Positions 25,096 through 33,672 of a stretch of DNA of 64,000 bases are shown here, one piece after another; position 1 is the stretch's first letter, and the number at the start of each line of letters is the position of its first letter. Made by a program: the position numbers and the translations under genes. Source of the stretch: Candidatus Omnitrophota bacterium (lineage in GTDB: Bacteria; Omnitrophota; Gorgyraeia; Duberdicusellales; 4484-171); NCBI GenBank assembly GCA_041652815.1, contig JBAZGN010000001.1, forward strand, positions 33,363 through 97,362. Direction: 5' to 3'. The notes below the pieces were generated by a model, which did no database searches, had not been told where the DNA came from, and worked only from the letters and a program-made list of their open reading frames with translations.

Positions 25096-25571
25096 GAAGA
25101 AGAATCCAGGCTAAAAATATCCAGAATAACATCCGTATTGTTTGAATCTTCAAAAACCAATTCCATTTCAATATCAACAATATCTTCTTTGGCTGCGTCA
25201 ATTCGGCCTTTATTTATAATAGGTAACAACGAAAATGCGGCAATTATGACTAAAGTAACAACGGCAATCTGCGGCCTGTAGGCTAAGGCAGATATCATGC
25301 CTTGTACGATAAAAACTATTCTTTCCATCAGGCTAGAAATAACCGATACTGGCTGAGTTTGCGTTTCTATTTGTTTTAAAATATCATTTAAGCTATCGCG
25401 CGAAATATCCACTTTTTCTTTTTCTGCAATACAAAGGAATTTATTTAAGCTTTCATAATTTTTGCTGCAGCGGCTGCAATGCAAAAAATGTTCTTCGATA
25501 GGCTTTCTTTCTTCTCCCTTTATTTCGTTATAGAAAAACAATAGCATTTGTTTCTTTGAAAGGCATTTCAT
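25062..25571 (-). CDS. ZAS-type anti-sigma factor (duplicate copy)
   Basis: Identical translation to 18369..18878. Confidence 0.55.
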   Translation of the reverse strand: MKCLSKKQMLLFFYNEIKGEERKPIEEHFLHCSRCSKNYESLNKFLCIAEKEKVDISRDSLNDILKQIETQTQPVSVISSLMERIVFIVQGMISALAYRPQIAVVTLVIIAAFSLLPIINKGRIDAAKEDIVDIEMELVFEDSNNTDVILDIFSLDSSSQKSSSTYISS

Positions 25572-25800
25572 GATATAACCTCCATTAATGAGCACATCAT
25601 TTTTTCAAGTGTATCAACACGTAGAAAAAATGATAGTGCGAATTAACCCCCCACCACTTTTAGTGATGAGTAGTTTTTGTAAAACATTTCTTTTCTCTAA
25701 AACCAACCGCGTCTTACAACAAGATGCTTTCTAAAAGTGGTGGGGGGGTCGAATTCGGCTACGCAAATTTTCTGCGCTTCTGGCTTGAAAATTTGCTGCC

Positions 25801-26352
25801 TCATTCGACCTCCATCTTTTTCTGCAAGGCGCCTACGGCTCGTTTTAAATGTGTCTTTACTGCGCTCTGAGAGCAGCCTATCGCGTTACTTATCTCTGCC
25901 ATGCTTAGCCCCTCATAGTGCCTTAATATAAATACATTTTTTTGCCTGGCCGGCAAATTTGAAATTTCTTTTCTTAATAATGCCTGCCTGTCTTTAAGGT
26001 CTAACTCTTCTTTCAAAGAAGCATTTTCAATTTTTGGCTCGCTTTTATATCTTGTGCCAAGATTAAATATACTGCGGCGCCGGCGTAAAAAATCCAACGA
26101 AGTATTTATGCTTATCCGATAAATCCAGGTAGAAAGCTTTGAAGCATTTTTAAAATATTTAAGGCCGTTATGTATTTTTAAAAGCGAAACCTGCAAGGCG
26201 TCTTTTGCATCTTCCATATTTGCCAAATAACGGTAAGAAATATTTAGAATATCCGAATATATAAGCTTTGCCAGTTCAGAAAAGGCACTACTCTCACCGC
26301 CTATAAAACTATCCGCCAGCTTTTTTATATCTTCCTCTTTATGTTTAAGCAC
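25801..26352 (-). CDS. ECF sigma factor (duplicate copy)
   Basis: Identical translation to 19108..19659. Confidence 0.75.
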   Translation of the reverse strand: MLKHKEEDIKKLADSFIGGESSAFSELAKLIYSDILNISYRYLANMEDAKDALQVSLLKIHNGLKYFKNASKLSTWIYRISINTSLDFLRRRRSIFNLGTRYKSEPKIENASLKEELDLKDRQALLRKEISNLPARQKNVFILRHYEGLSMAEISNAIGCSQSAVKTHLKRAVGALQKKMEVE

Positions 26353-26360
26353 GTTTTATT

Positions 26361-26843
26361 TTATAAATTGTTTTCCATTGAACGATTCTTTCTGCGGTCT
26401 TGAATTCTATTTTTAAGCTCTTCATATTTCTGCGGGTCGTTTTCTTTAAGATAATTAAGCCGCTCTTTAAGATGCTCTCTTCTTTTGGCTTTTAACTCTT
26501 CATATTTTTGGGGATTGTTTTTCTTAAGTTCCGCAAGGCGGCTTCTTATCTTCGTTCTTGCCTCCTGTATCAGAGCTTTAAACTTTTCCGGGTCATTTTT
26601 TTCCAGAGCTTCAAGCTCTTGTTTTTTTGCAACAAGCTTTTCTTTTAAAATAGCTTTAAACTTTTCTTTATCGGTTTTTCTAAGCTCAATAAGCTCTTTT
26701 TTCTCGCTTTCCGGAAGCGCTTCAAAAACCAAAACTCTGGCTATTGCTTTTTCCCGGAAAGTATTTTTAGCATAAACGCTGTTTCCAAGAATAAAGATAA
26801 CCATAAACAGAACCAGACAGATTCCAAAATATCTGATTTTCAT
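26361..26843 (-). CDS. Secreted coiled-coil repeat protein (duplicate copy)
   Basis: Identical translation to 19668..20150. Confidence 0.4.
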   Translation of the reverse strand: MKIRYFGICLVLFMVIFILGNSVYAKNTFREKAIARVLVFEALPESEKKELIELRKTDKEKFKAILKEKLVAKKQELEALEKNDPEKFKALIQEARTKIRSRLAELKKNNPQKYEELKAKRREHLKERLNYLKENDPQKYEELKNRIQDRRKNRSMENNL

Positions 26844-26954
26844 ACTATCACCTCGAATATTTAGACGGTTTAAAAGCGTAAAAAGTCTACCCCGTTACAG
26901 ATAACAGAGTACAGAATACAGAATAATTTTTTATTTCTTCTCTGTTCTCTGTAT

Positions 26955-27515
26955 CTATCGCGAAGTAGAAATTAAGCTTAAAGCTTCCTGGCGGGTCTTT
27001 TGGTTTGTAAGAAAGATTCCCCTGACAACGGAAGTTGTAGTTAATGTCCCCGGTTTCTTCACCCCGCGCATTGACATGCAAAGATGCTCCGCTTCAATAA
27101 CTACCATTACGCCTTTTGGTTTTAGTTTTTTCATAATTACATCGGCTACTTCTGTAGTTAAACGTTCCTGCACCTGAAGGCGCTTTGAAAGGACATCCAC
27201 AACCCTTGCTATTTTGCTTAAACCGGTTATGCGCTTATCGGGAATATAGGCAACGTGCGCTTTTCCTATAAAGGGAAGCATGTGGTGCTCGCACATCGAA
27301 TATAACGGTATTCCCTTCAAAAGTATAATTTCATCGTGCTTTTGCTCAAGGATAACTTCCAACTCTTCTTCTGCGTCCTTGAACTGCCCGCTTAAAATTT
27401 CTCCATACATTTCAGCTACCCGCGCAGGCGTTATCGCGATATCTTTCTTTGTTAAATCTGCGCCGAGTGCTTCCAAAATAAGCTTAACGCCTTGTTCGAT
27501 TTTTTTCTTATCCAT
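26955..27515 (-). CDS. folE: GTP cyclohydrolase I (duplicate copy)
   Basis: Identical translation to 20262..20822. Confidence 0.85.
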   Translation of the reverse strand: MDKKKIEQGVKLILEALGADLTKKDIAITPARVAEMYGEILSGQFKDAEEELEVILEQKHDEIILLKGIPLYSMCEHHMLPFIGKAHVAYIPDKRITGLSKIARVVDVLSKRLQVQERLTTEVADVIMKKLKPKGVMVVIEAEHLCMSMRGVKKPGTLTTTSVVRGIFLTNQKTRQEALSLISTSR

Positions 27516-27558
27516 CTTTTTGTACTCCTGTTTTATAGAAGCGGATTTCCGCGGATAT

Positions 27559-27966
27559 TTACGCGGATAGACACACGGCATTTAAACGCGCAAAGTCATA
27601 AACCCGTCTTACTATTTCAAGTTTTTTTGTACCAAAGTTTATTAAAAATCCTAACTTATAGTTAGAACCCCTTAGATAATACCAGAATTGTTTTTTATCT
27701 TCTTGAAGTAACATTGGTTTAACTTTAATCTCCATAATTATTTTATCATTTATTACAAAATCAGGAACATAGCTACCGACTTTTTCTCCTTTATATAGAA
27801 TATTAATTTGCTTTTGTTGTTCTACAGATAAATTTCTTTCCTTGAATTCTTTGACTAATGCTTTCTGAATTATTCCCTCCTTAAAAGCACTTCCGAAATG
27901 ATTCCATACCTCAAAACATGCTCCTCTTATTTGATAAGATTCTTCTTCGTATAATAATTTACCCAT
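27559..27966 (-). CDS. GxxExxY-family protein (duplicate copy)
   Basis: Identical translation to 20866..21273; flanked by arms at 27536-27578 and 27975-28013. Confidence 0.6.
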   Translation of the reverse strand: MGKLLYEEESYQIRGACFEVWNHFGSAFKEGIIQKALVKEFKERNLSVEQQKQINILYKGEKVGSYVPDFVINDKIIMEIKVKPMLLQEDKKQFWYYLRGSNYKLGFLINFGTKKLEIVRRVYDFARLNAVCLSA

Positions 27967-28010
27967 ATTTCTGTGCGTTCATCCGCGTTTAGATCCGCGG
28001 GAATCCGCTT

Positions 28011-29504
28011 CTATTTTCCAATACAAAACTGACTAAAAATATTCTCCAATAATTCTTCGCAAAATACTTCTCCAGTTAATTTCCCCAAATTATCCAAAGC
28101 ATTTTTTAAGGATAAATTTACTAAATCAACTTCCCGGCCTTGGCTTAAATATATTTGCGCTTCCTGAATATCTTTATATACGTCCTTGAGTATTTCGCTC
28201 TGATATTTATTAAGAAAAACCAAATCCTCTCTCTTGCTGCCAAATTGAGCTGCTACCTTAACTATAGCCTCTTCCAAATGCTCTATGCCTTCTTTTTTTA
28301 AAGCACTTAATTTTACCCTAAAACCTTTTAAGCGTGAAACATTTTTTAGATTGAGCTTTTGCTTTAAATCGCTTTTATTTATTATGATTATAATGCCCTT
28401 TACATTATCGGCTGCGTTATTATTCTTTTTATTATGTAAATTTTCGATTTTATTTAATAAAAACAGGTCGTCTTTTTCTAAATGCCTTGAGCCATCGAGC
28501 ACCAGCATAATCAAATCAGCTTCATTAAAAACTTTTGATGATTTTTCCAAGGCTTTTTTTTCGATAAAATTGCGGGGTGTTAAAATTCCGGCTGTATCAT
28601 AAATACACAAAGGTATTCCTTTTACATTTATGGTTTCTTCAATCGTGTCACGAGTGGTCCCGGGGATTTCGCTTACAATTACCCGCTCTTCCTGCAATAA
28701 ACAATTAAAAAGCGTGGATTTGCCGGCGTTGGTTTTTCCGCAGATAACACACCTTAGCCCGTCTTTTGCTACTTTTGATTTTTTATCCGCCTCCAAAATA
28801 TCTTTTATGTTTGCATCTATCTTTTTTATCTTATTTTTTATATTGTTAAATTCTATCGTAGTATTATCTTCGGGAAAATTAATATCCACTTCGGTTGATA
28901 AAAATACATCTTTTATCGCCTGTTTTACTTTATTAAATTTTTCAAATGATTCTCCTTTTAACTGGGAAACTGCGGTTTGCAAGGCTTTGTCGGTTTTTGC
29001 CTCGACTATATTACGTATGCCTTCAGCCTGTAGCAAGTCTATGCGGCCGTTTAAAAAAGCTCTATAGGTAAATTCGCCTGGCCGGGCGAGCCGGGCACCT
29101 TCTTTTAAGATTACATCTAAAATTTTACTAAGCGCAACTGTTCCACCGTGGGAAGAGATTTCAACCACATCTTCGCAAGTGTAGGAGCAGGGTTTTCTCA
29201 TTATGCTCACCAACACCTCATCAATTGCAACCTGGGACGTGGGACGTGAGACGTGAGACGTTTTATTCTTTACGCTATGCGCCATATGCTTTGCGCTATG
29301 CGATACAATCCATCCATAATGCAGAGTATAAGTTTTTGCGTTTCTTATGTCTTTTTTACGCCTGGGAATGAAAATTTTATGAATTATGCTTATAGCTTTT
29401 TTACCGGAAATTTTAACTACGCCTAGGGCGGATTTCGATGGAAAGGTTGCGATGGCAACGATTGTATCGTTAGTATTGTAATCCTTAAGTTTTATCAAGC
29501 TCAT
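28011..29504 (-). CDS. mnmE: tRNA modification GTPase MnmE/TrmE (with an in-frame repeat-derived insertion near the N-terminus)
   Basis: N-terminal DTIVAIATFP...VVKISG, G domain GKTNAGKSTLFNCLL...GTTRD, C-terminal ...FCIGK; insertion HMAHSVKNKTSHVSRPTSQ encoded by gacgtg repeats at 29235-29260. Confidence 0.85.
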   Translation of the reverse strand: MSLIKLKDYNTNDTIVAIATFPSKSALGVVKISGKKAISIIHKIFIPRRKKDIRNAKTYTLHYGWIVSHSAKHMAHSVKNKTSHVSRPTSQVAIDEVLVSIMRKPCSYTCEDVVEISSHGGTVALSKILDVILKEGARLARPGEFTYRAFLNGRIDLLQAEGIRNIVEAKTDKALQTAVSQLKGESFEKFNKVKQAIKDVFLSTEVDINFPEDNTTIEFNNIKNKIKKIDANIKDILEADKKSKVAKDGLRCVICGKTNAGKSTLFNCLLQEERVIVSEIPGTTRDTIEETINVKGIPLCIYDTAGILTPRNFIEKKALEKSSKVFNEADLIMLVLDGSRHLEKDDLFLLNKIENLHNKKNNNAADNVKGIIIIINKSDLKQKLNLKNVSRLKGFRVKLSALKKEGIEHLEEAIVKVAAQFGSKREDLVFLNKYQSEILKDVYKDIQEAQIYLSQGREVDLVNLSLKNALDNLGKLTGEVFCEELLENIFSQFCIGK

Positions 29505-29600
29505 AATTTAGCCAAATTAAACACTCCATAGATACTAGATGCTGGATACTGGATACTTGTTGTTTTTTACTAGCATATAAGATCAAGTATCTAGCATCTA
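29505..29600. repeat. Palindrome of 'gatact/agtatc' units (atactagatgctggatactggatacttg ... caagtatctagcatcta)
   Basis: Read directly; between folC and mnmE. Confidence 0.6.
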
Positions 29601-30983
29601 TTTAATTCTTCGTTTCTGCACTAGCGCTTTCGCTTCACTCACTAAAAACAGCGAACCGCTTATAACTATAATTGAGCCATTATTATATAATTGTTTTCCG
29701 ATTTCCAAAGCTTTTTTAACATTCTCTGCGAGATATGCATCTTTGATATTGCATATATTTTTTAAATCTTCCGGTGCAAATGAGCGTGGATTATTGAAAC
29801 GGGTAAGTATCAAGTGTTTGTATTTTATTTTCTTAAGCATTTTTTTTACGTCTTTATCGTTTGATGCGGCAAAGATAAGAATTATTTCCTTTGCCGGGTA
29901 GTAAAATTTTAAGTTCTCAGATAATGCACAGAAGGAAGGTTCATTGTGCGCAATATCAGAAACAATTAAAGGCTTATTTTTCAAAACCTCAAACCTGCCC
30001 TCCAAAAATAAATTACGCAATGCGTCTTTGAAATTTAAATTACCGGATAATTGCCCTTTTTCTTTTAAAAGAAAAATCGAAGCTATGGCTAATGACGCAT
30101 TTTCTATCTGATATTTTCCGCGAAGTAATATTTTAGAGCCCTTAAGATTTTTTTTGCCGAAATGAAAATCAAAGCTTGTATCCTGGCTGCCTAAATATTC
30201 ATTTGTTGACTGGAAAGCTCTACCAAAGCTAAATAATCTTGATTTCATTTTACGAGCTGCTACGCTGATAACCCGGCGAATAGAAGGGGCCTGGCGCGCC
30301 GAGACAACATCAATATTTTTTTTAATAATTCCCGCCTTCTCTTGCGCTATTTCAGCCAAGGTGTCCCCAAGTTTATCCATATGGTCATAGCCTATGTGTG
30401 TAATTATGCTAACCAGCGGCGAAACCACATTAGTTGCATCAAGCCTCCCGCCCAAGCCCGTTTCTAAAACGACAAAATCAACTTTTTTTTCAAGAAAGTA
30501 TTTAAAAGCAAGTGCGGTGTAAACCTCAAAAAAGCTTAAAGCTCCAAGCTCCTTAGTATATCTTAATTTTTCCAATTGCGACTGCATTTCTCTTATCAGC
30601 CTTACCACATCATTCTTCGAAATCAAACTGCTTTTTATTTTTTTTCTGTACTCTGTACTCTGTTTTCTGTTCTCTGTTAGGATTTGTATTCTTTCTCTGA
30701 AATCAAAAAAATGAGGCGATGTGTAAAGCCCTGTCTTGCAGCCGGCACTTGCCAATAGACTGGCACAAAAGCACGCAGTTGAACCTTTGCCTTTTGTGCC
30801 GGCAATATGAATACTTTTAAACTTCGTACAATCTATATCGAGGCTTTTTAAAAGGCTTTCTACTCTTTTAAGCTTAAGTGTTTTACCGTAAGGATATCTT
30901 GTATTCTTTTCATAGTTTACAAAAGTATCAAGATAGTTTTTTGCATCGTTAAAATTTTTTATTGAATAGTTTTTGTAACTCAT
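29598..30983 (-). CDS. folC: Folylpolyglutamate synthase / dihydrofolate synthase
   Basis: Mur-ligase P-loop HIAGTKGKGST and the overall FolC layout; contains in-frame ctgtactctgt repeats at 30644-30680. Confidence 0.8.
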   Translation of the reverse strand: MSYKNYSIKNFNDAKNYLDTFVNYEKNTRYPYGKTLKLKRVESLLKSLDIDCTKFKSIHIAGTKGKGSTACFCASLLASAGCKTGLYTSPHFFDFRERIQILTENRKQSTEYRKKIKSSLISKNDVVRLIREMQSQLEKLRYTKELGALSFFEVYTALAFKYFLEKKVDFVVLETGLGGRLDATNVVSPLVSIITHIGYDHMDKLGDTLAEIAQEKAGIIKKNIDVVSARQAPSIRRVISVAARKMKSRLFSFGRAFQSTNEYLGSQDTSFDFHFGKKNLKGSKILLRGKYQIENASLAIASIFLLKEKGQLSGNLNFKDALRNLFLEGRFEVLKNKPLIVSDIAHNEPSFCALSENLKFYYPAKEIILIFAASNDKDVKKMLKKIKYKHLILTRFNNPRSFAPEDLKNICNIKDAYLAENVKKALEIGKQLYNNGSIIVISGSLFLVSEAKALVQKRRIK

Positions 30984-30997
30984 GTGTCTATGGTTTT

Positions 30998-31136
30998 ATA
31001 AATAACCAAGCTCCAATTTCCAATAACCAAATCCCAATAATCAAACGGGGGAATAAATAGAATTGCTTGGTAATTGGTTATTGGGTGTTAGGTATTGAAA
31101 TTTGTTTGGTTATTGTATCTTGGTTATTGGTTATTA
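30998..31136. repeat. Family A palindrome (aataaccaa/ttggttatt units), copy 2
   Basis: aaataaccaagctccaatttccaataaccaaatcccaataatcaaac ... ttggtaattggttattgggtgttaggtattgaaatttgtttggttattgtatcttggttattggttatt. Confidence 0.7.
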
Positions 31137-31142
31137 TATGAA

Positions 31143-32657
31143 TTAATGGCGGAAGTGGCGAATACCCGTAAAAACCATACTGATTCTTAATTTATCGCAA
31201 AGCTTAATCAAATCATTGTCTTTTATCGAACCTCCGGGCTGGATTATTGCCCTGATTCCCTTTTTGTAGGCAATTTTAATAGCATCTTCTTTGGGGAAAA
31301 ACCCGTCAGAAGCAAGCACTGCGCCATGGCATGATTTCTTCGCCATGCCAAGGGCAATCTTTGCAGCTCCCACCCTTGAGGGCTGGCCACCTCCTAATCC
31401 AAGAACTGTTTGGTTCTTGACGAGCACAATTGCGTTTGACCGTACGTATTTAGCTATCTTCCACGCAAGCATCATGTCTTTTAATTCCTGCTGCGTAGGT
31501 TTTTTTCTGGTAACTATTTTCAGGTTTGTTTTTTCGATGTTAACCGTATCCCTATCCTGTAAAAGAAAACCAAAACTCGTTGCCCTTATGTCTTTATAGT
31601 TTAGTTTCTGATGAAAATCCGCCTCAAGTACACGAAGATTTTTTTTGGCGGAAAAAACCTTTAATGCCTCTTTTGAATAGGAAGGCGCAATAACGCATTC
31701 CTTAAAATCGCTTTTCATAAATTGCTCGGCGGTATCCTTATCAACTTTTCTGTTAATACCGACTATTCCTCCAAAGCTTGAAATAGGGTCGCAAACGTAG
31801 GCTTTCTTATAGGCTTGCGACAACCTCTTATCAACGCCAACTCCGCATATGGATGCGTGCTTTACTATTGACACAGCGCATTCGGCAAAATCGCGCACCA
31901 CCGAAACTGCCGTATCTAAATCAAGAAGGTTATTATAAGAAAGTTCCTTGCCCTGAATTTGCTTGTATTTTATCTCCTGCGCTTTGGCTAATTTATATAA
32001 GGCGCCTCTTTGATGCGGGTTTTCTCCGTAGCGTAAATTAGCGATTTTCTCCAAATCTAAAGTTAATACTTCCTTTGACGCAAAATAGTTATATATGCTG
32101 TTATCATATTCTTTGGTGGTGTAAAAAGCTTCCTGCGCCAAGGCCTTTAAGGTTTCATCGCAGATGTCCCCTTTATTTTTATCAAGTTCTTCAATCAGCA
32201 TTTTGTACTGCGAGGGAGCGCTTACCGAAGCTACATTTTTAAAATTCTTTGCTGCGGCACGAAGTAATGACACTCCGCCGATATCAATATATTCCATCAT
32301 ATCGTCAAAAGTAAGTTTTTCGTTAAGCTTTGATAAAAACGGATAAAGGTTAACCACAACCATATCTATGGGTTCAATGCTAAGAGATTTTATTTCTTCC
32401 ATGTGCAGGGGATGTTTTTTATTCGCAAGAATGCCCCCGAATATTTTTGGATGCAAAGTTTTGACGCGGCCGGAAAGTATCTCGGGAAATGAGGTAACCG
32501 AAGAAACTTCTTTTACCGGTATCGAACTTGCACGTAGCAGAGACGCGGTTTTTCCGGTTGAAATAATTTCTACTTTGTATTCTGCAAGTTTTCTTGCAAG
32601 CTCCAGAACCCCTTTTTTCTCCCACACACTAATCAATGCTCTTCTTACTTTTACCAT
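31143..32657 (-). CDS. purH: Bifunctional AICAR transformylase / IMP cyclohydrolase
   Basis: N-terminal MGS-like ALISVWEKKGVLELARKL...IISTGKTA; AICARFT domain; 504 aa. Confidence 0.85.
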   Translation of the reverse strand: MVKVRRALISVWEKKGVLELARKLAEYKVEIISTGKTASLLRASSIPVKEVSSVTSFPEILSGRVKTLHPKIFGGILANKKHPLHMEEIKSLSIEPIDMVVVNLYPFLSKLNEKLTFDDMMEYIDIGGVSLLRAAAKNFKNVASVSAPSQYKMLIEELDKNKGDICDETLKALAQEAFYTTKEYDNSIYNYFASKEVLTLDLEKIANLRYGENPHQRGALYKLAKAQEIKYKQIQGKELSYNNLLDLDTAVSVVRDFAECAVSIVKHASICGVGVDKRLSQAYKKAYVCDPISSFGGIVGINRKVDKDTAEQFMKSDFKECVIAPSYSKEALKVFSAKKNLRVLEADFHQKLNYKDIRATSFGFLLQDRDTVNIEKTNLKIVTRKKPTQQELKDMMLAWKIAKYVRSNAIVLVKNQTVLGLGGGQPSRVGAAKIALGMAKKSCHGAVLASDGFFPKEDAIKIAYKKGIRAIIQPGGSIKDNDLIKLCDKLRISMVFTGIRHFRH

Positions 32658-32672
32658 TATAGTACTTGTTTG

Positions 32673-32847
32673 TAGAAGCGGATATCCGCGGATATTGACG
32701 CGGATTTACGCCCGCTAATTGAATCAGGAAACCATTAATAAAATTCCTGATTCTTTTCCATCGTATTAATTCTTCTCAAATAAACAAATTAACTTACCTT
32801 ATTACTGTGCGTCTATCCGCGTTTAGATCCGCGAGAATCCGCTTCTA
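32673..32847. repeat. gcggat palindromic element, complete copy with about 100-bp AT-rich spacer and no ORF
   Basis: arm1 tagaagcggatatccgcggatattgacgcggat (32673-32705); arm2 atccgcgtttagatccgcgagaatccgcttcta (32815-32847). Confidence 0.75.
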
Positions 32848-33537
32848 TTACACACTGAACTTTATTTCTATGATATTACCTTCCTGCATTATGTAATCCC
32901 TGTCAACCGACTTAGCAAATCCACGTGCGCGAGCTTCAGCCAGATTATAAAAACTGTCCAGGTCTTTACACTCGATTACTTCGCCCTTAATAAACCCTCT
33001 CGCAAGGTCAGTATGAATCTTACCTGCAGCTTCAACGATTGTGCTACCCTTTTTAACTTCCCAGGCATGCACCTCTTTTTCTCCGGCTGTGAAAAAAAGC
33101 AAATTTTGCGCTTTTTTGAGTATCTCATCGATTAAGCTATTCATATCAGAAACATCACTTTTGCCTATACAGGGCTTAAAAGTCACAGGCATAATATTTT
33201 TAAGAAAATTTTTCTCTTCTTCGCTAAATTCCTGGTCGCAAAGAAGATTTTCTTTTTCTAAAATTCCCGTAATTTTCTTCAAGAATTCTTTCTCTTTTTC
33301 ATCGGTTGTTTTTTGCTGGCGGTTTTCTATCTTTTCCAAGTCTATAAAAATGAAATCCAGCTTTTTATCCACATCAAAAACAATTGCATCGGCTTTTGCA
33401 AAATCTTCGCCTATAAATTCCACAACGTATGGGGTTGTTTTCTTAGGTGAAAATTTTTTAACAAGCTTTTCAAAACATTCACAGCTATATTTTTGTTTAC
33501 CCGGCTCGATGCTTAAACCAAAAGTGGCCACTTTCAT
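32848..33537 (-). CDS. YchF C-terminal (TGS) domain protein lacking the GTPase domain
   Basis: C-terminal ...AAGKIHTDLARGFIKGEVIECKDLDSFYNLAEARARGFAKSVDRDYIMQEGNIIEIKFSV matches the YchF/Obg-family TGS tail; no G1-G4 motifs in the N-terminal 130 aa. Confidence 0.45.
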   Translation of the reverse strand: MKVATFGLSIEPGKQKYSCECFEKLVKKFSPKKTTPYVVEFIGEDFAKADAIVFDVDKKLDFIFIDLEKIENRQQKTTDEKEKEFLKKITGILEKENLLCDQEFSEEEKNFLKNIMPVTFKPCIGKSDVSDMNSLIDEILKKAQNLLFFTAGEKEVHAWEVKKGSTIVEAAGKIHTDLARGFIKGEVIECKDLDSFYNLAEARARGFAKSVDRDYIMQEGNIIEIKFSV

Positions 33538-33555
33538 TTTATTGAACTCCTTGTA

Positions 33556-33672
33556 TTGATGTTACGAAGGTTACAGATGTTACGAAAGTTACGAATGTTA
33601 CATTAAAAACATCGTGATTTAGTGTAACCTTCGTAACCTACGTAACCTGCGTAACTTTCGTAACCTTATAAT
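33556..33672. repeat. Palindrome of 'gttacgaa/ttcgtaac' units
   Basis: gttacgaaggttacagatgttacgaaagttacgaatgttaca ... gtgtaaccttcgtaacctacgtaacctgcgtaactttcgtaacc. Confidence 0.7.

Larger units (their letters stand above)
21310..28017. repeat. Tandem duplication, copy 2 (6,693 bp)
   Basis: Identical to copy 1; diverges into unique sequence at 28018 (ccaatacaaaactg...). Confidence 0.9.
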
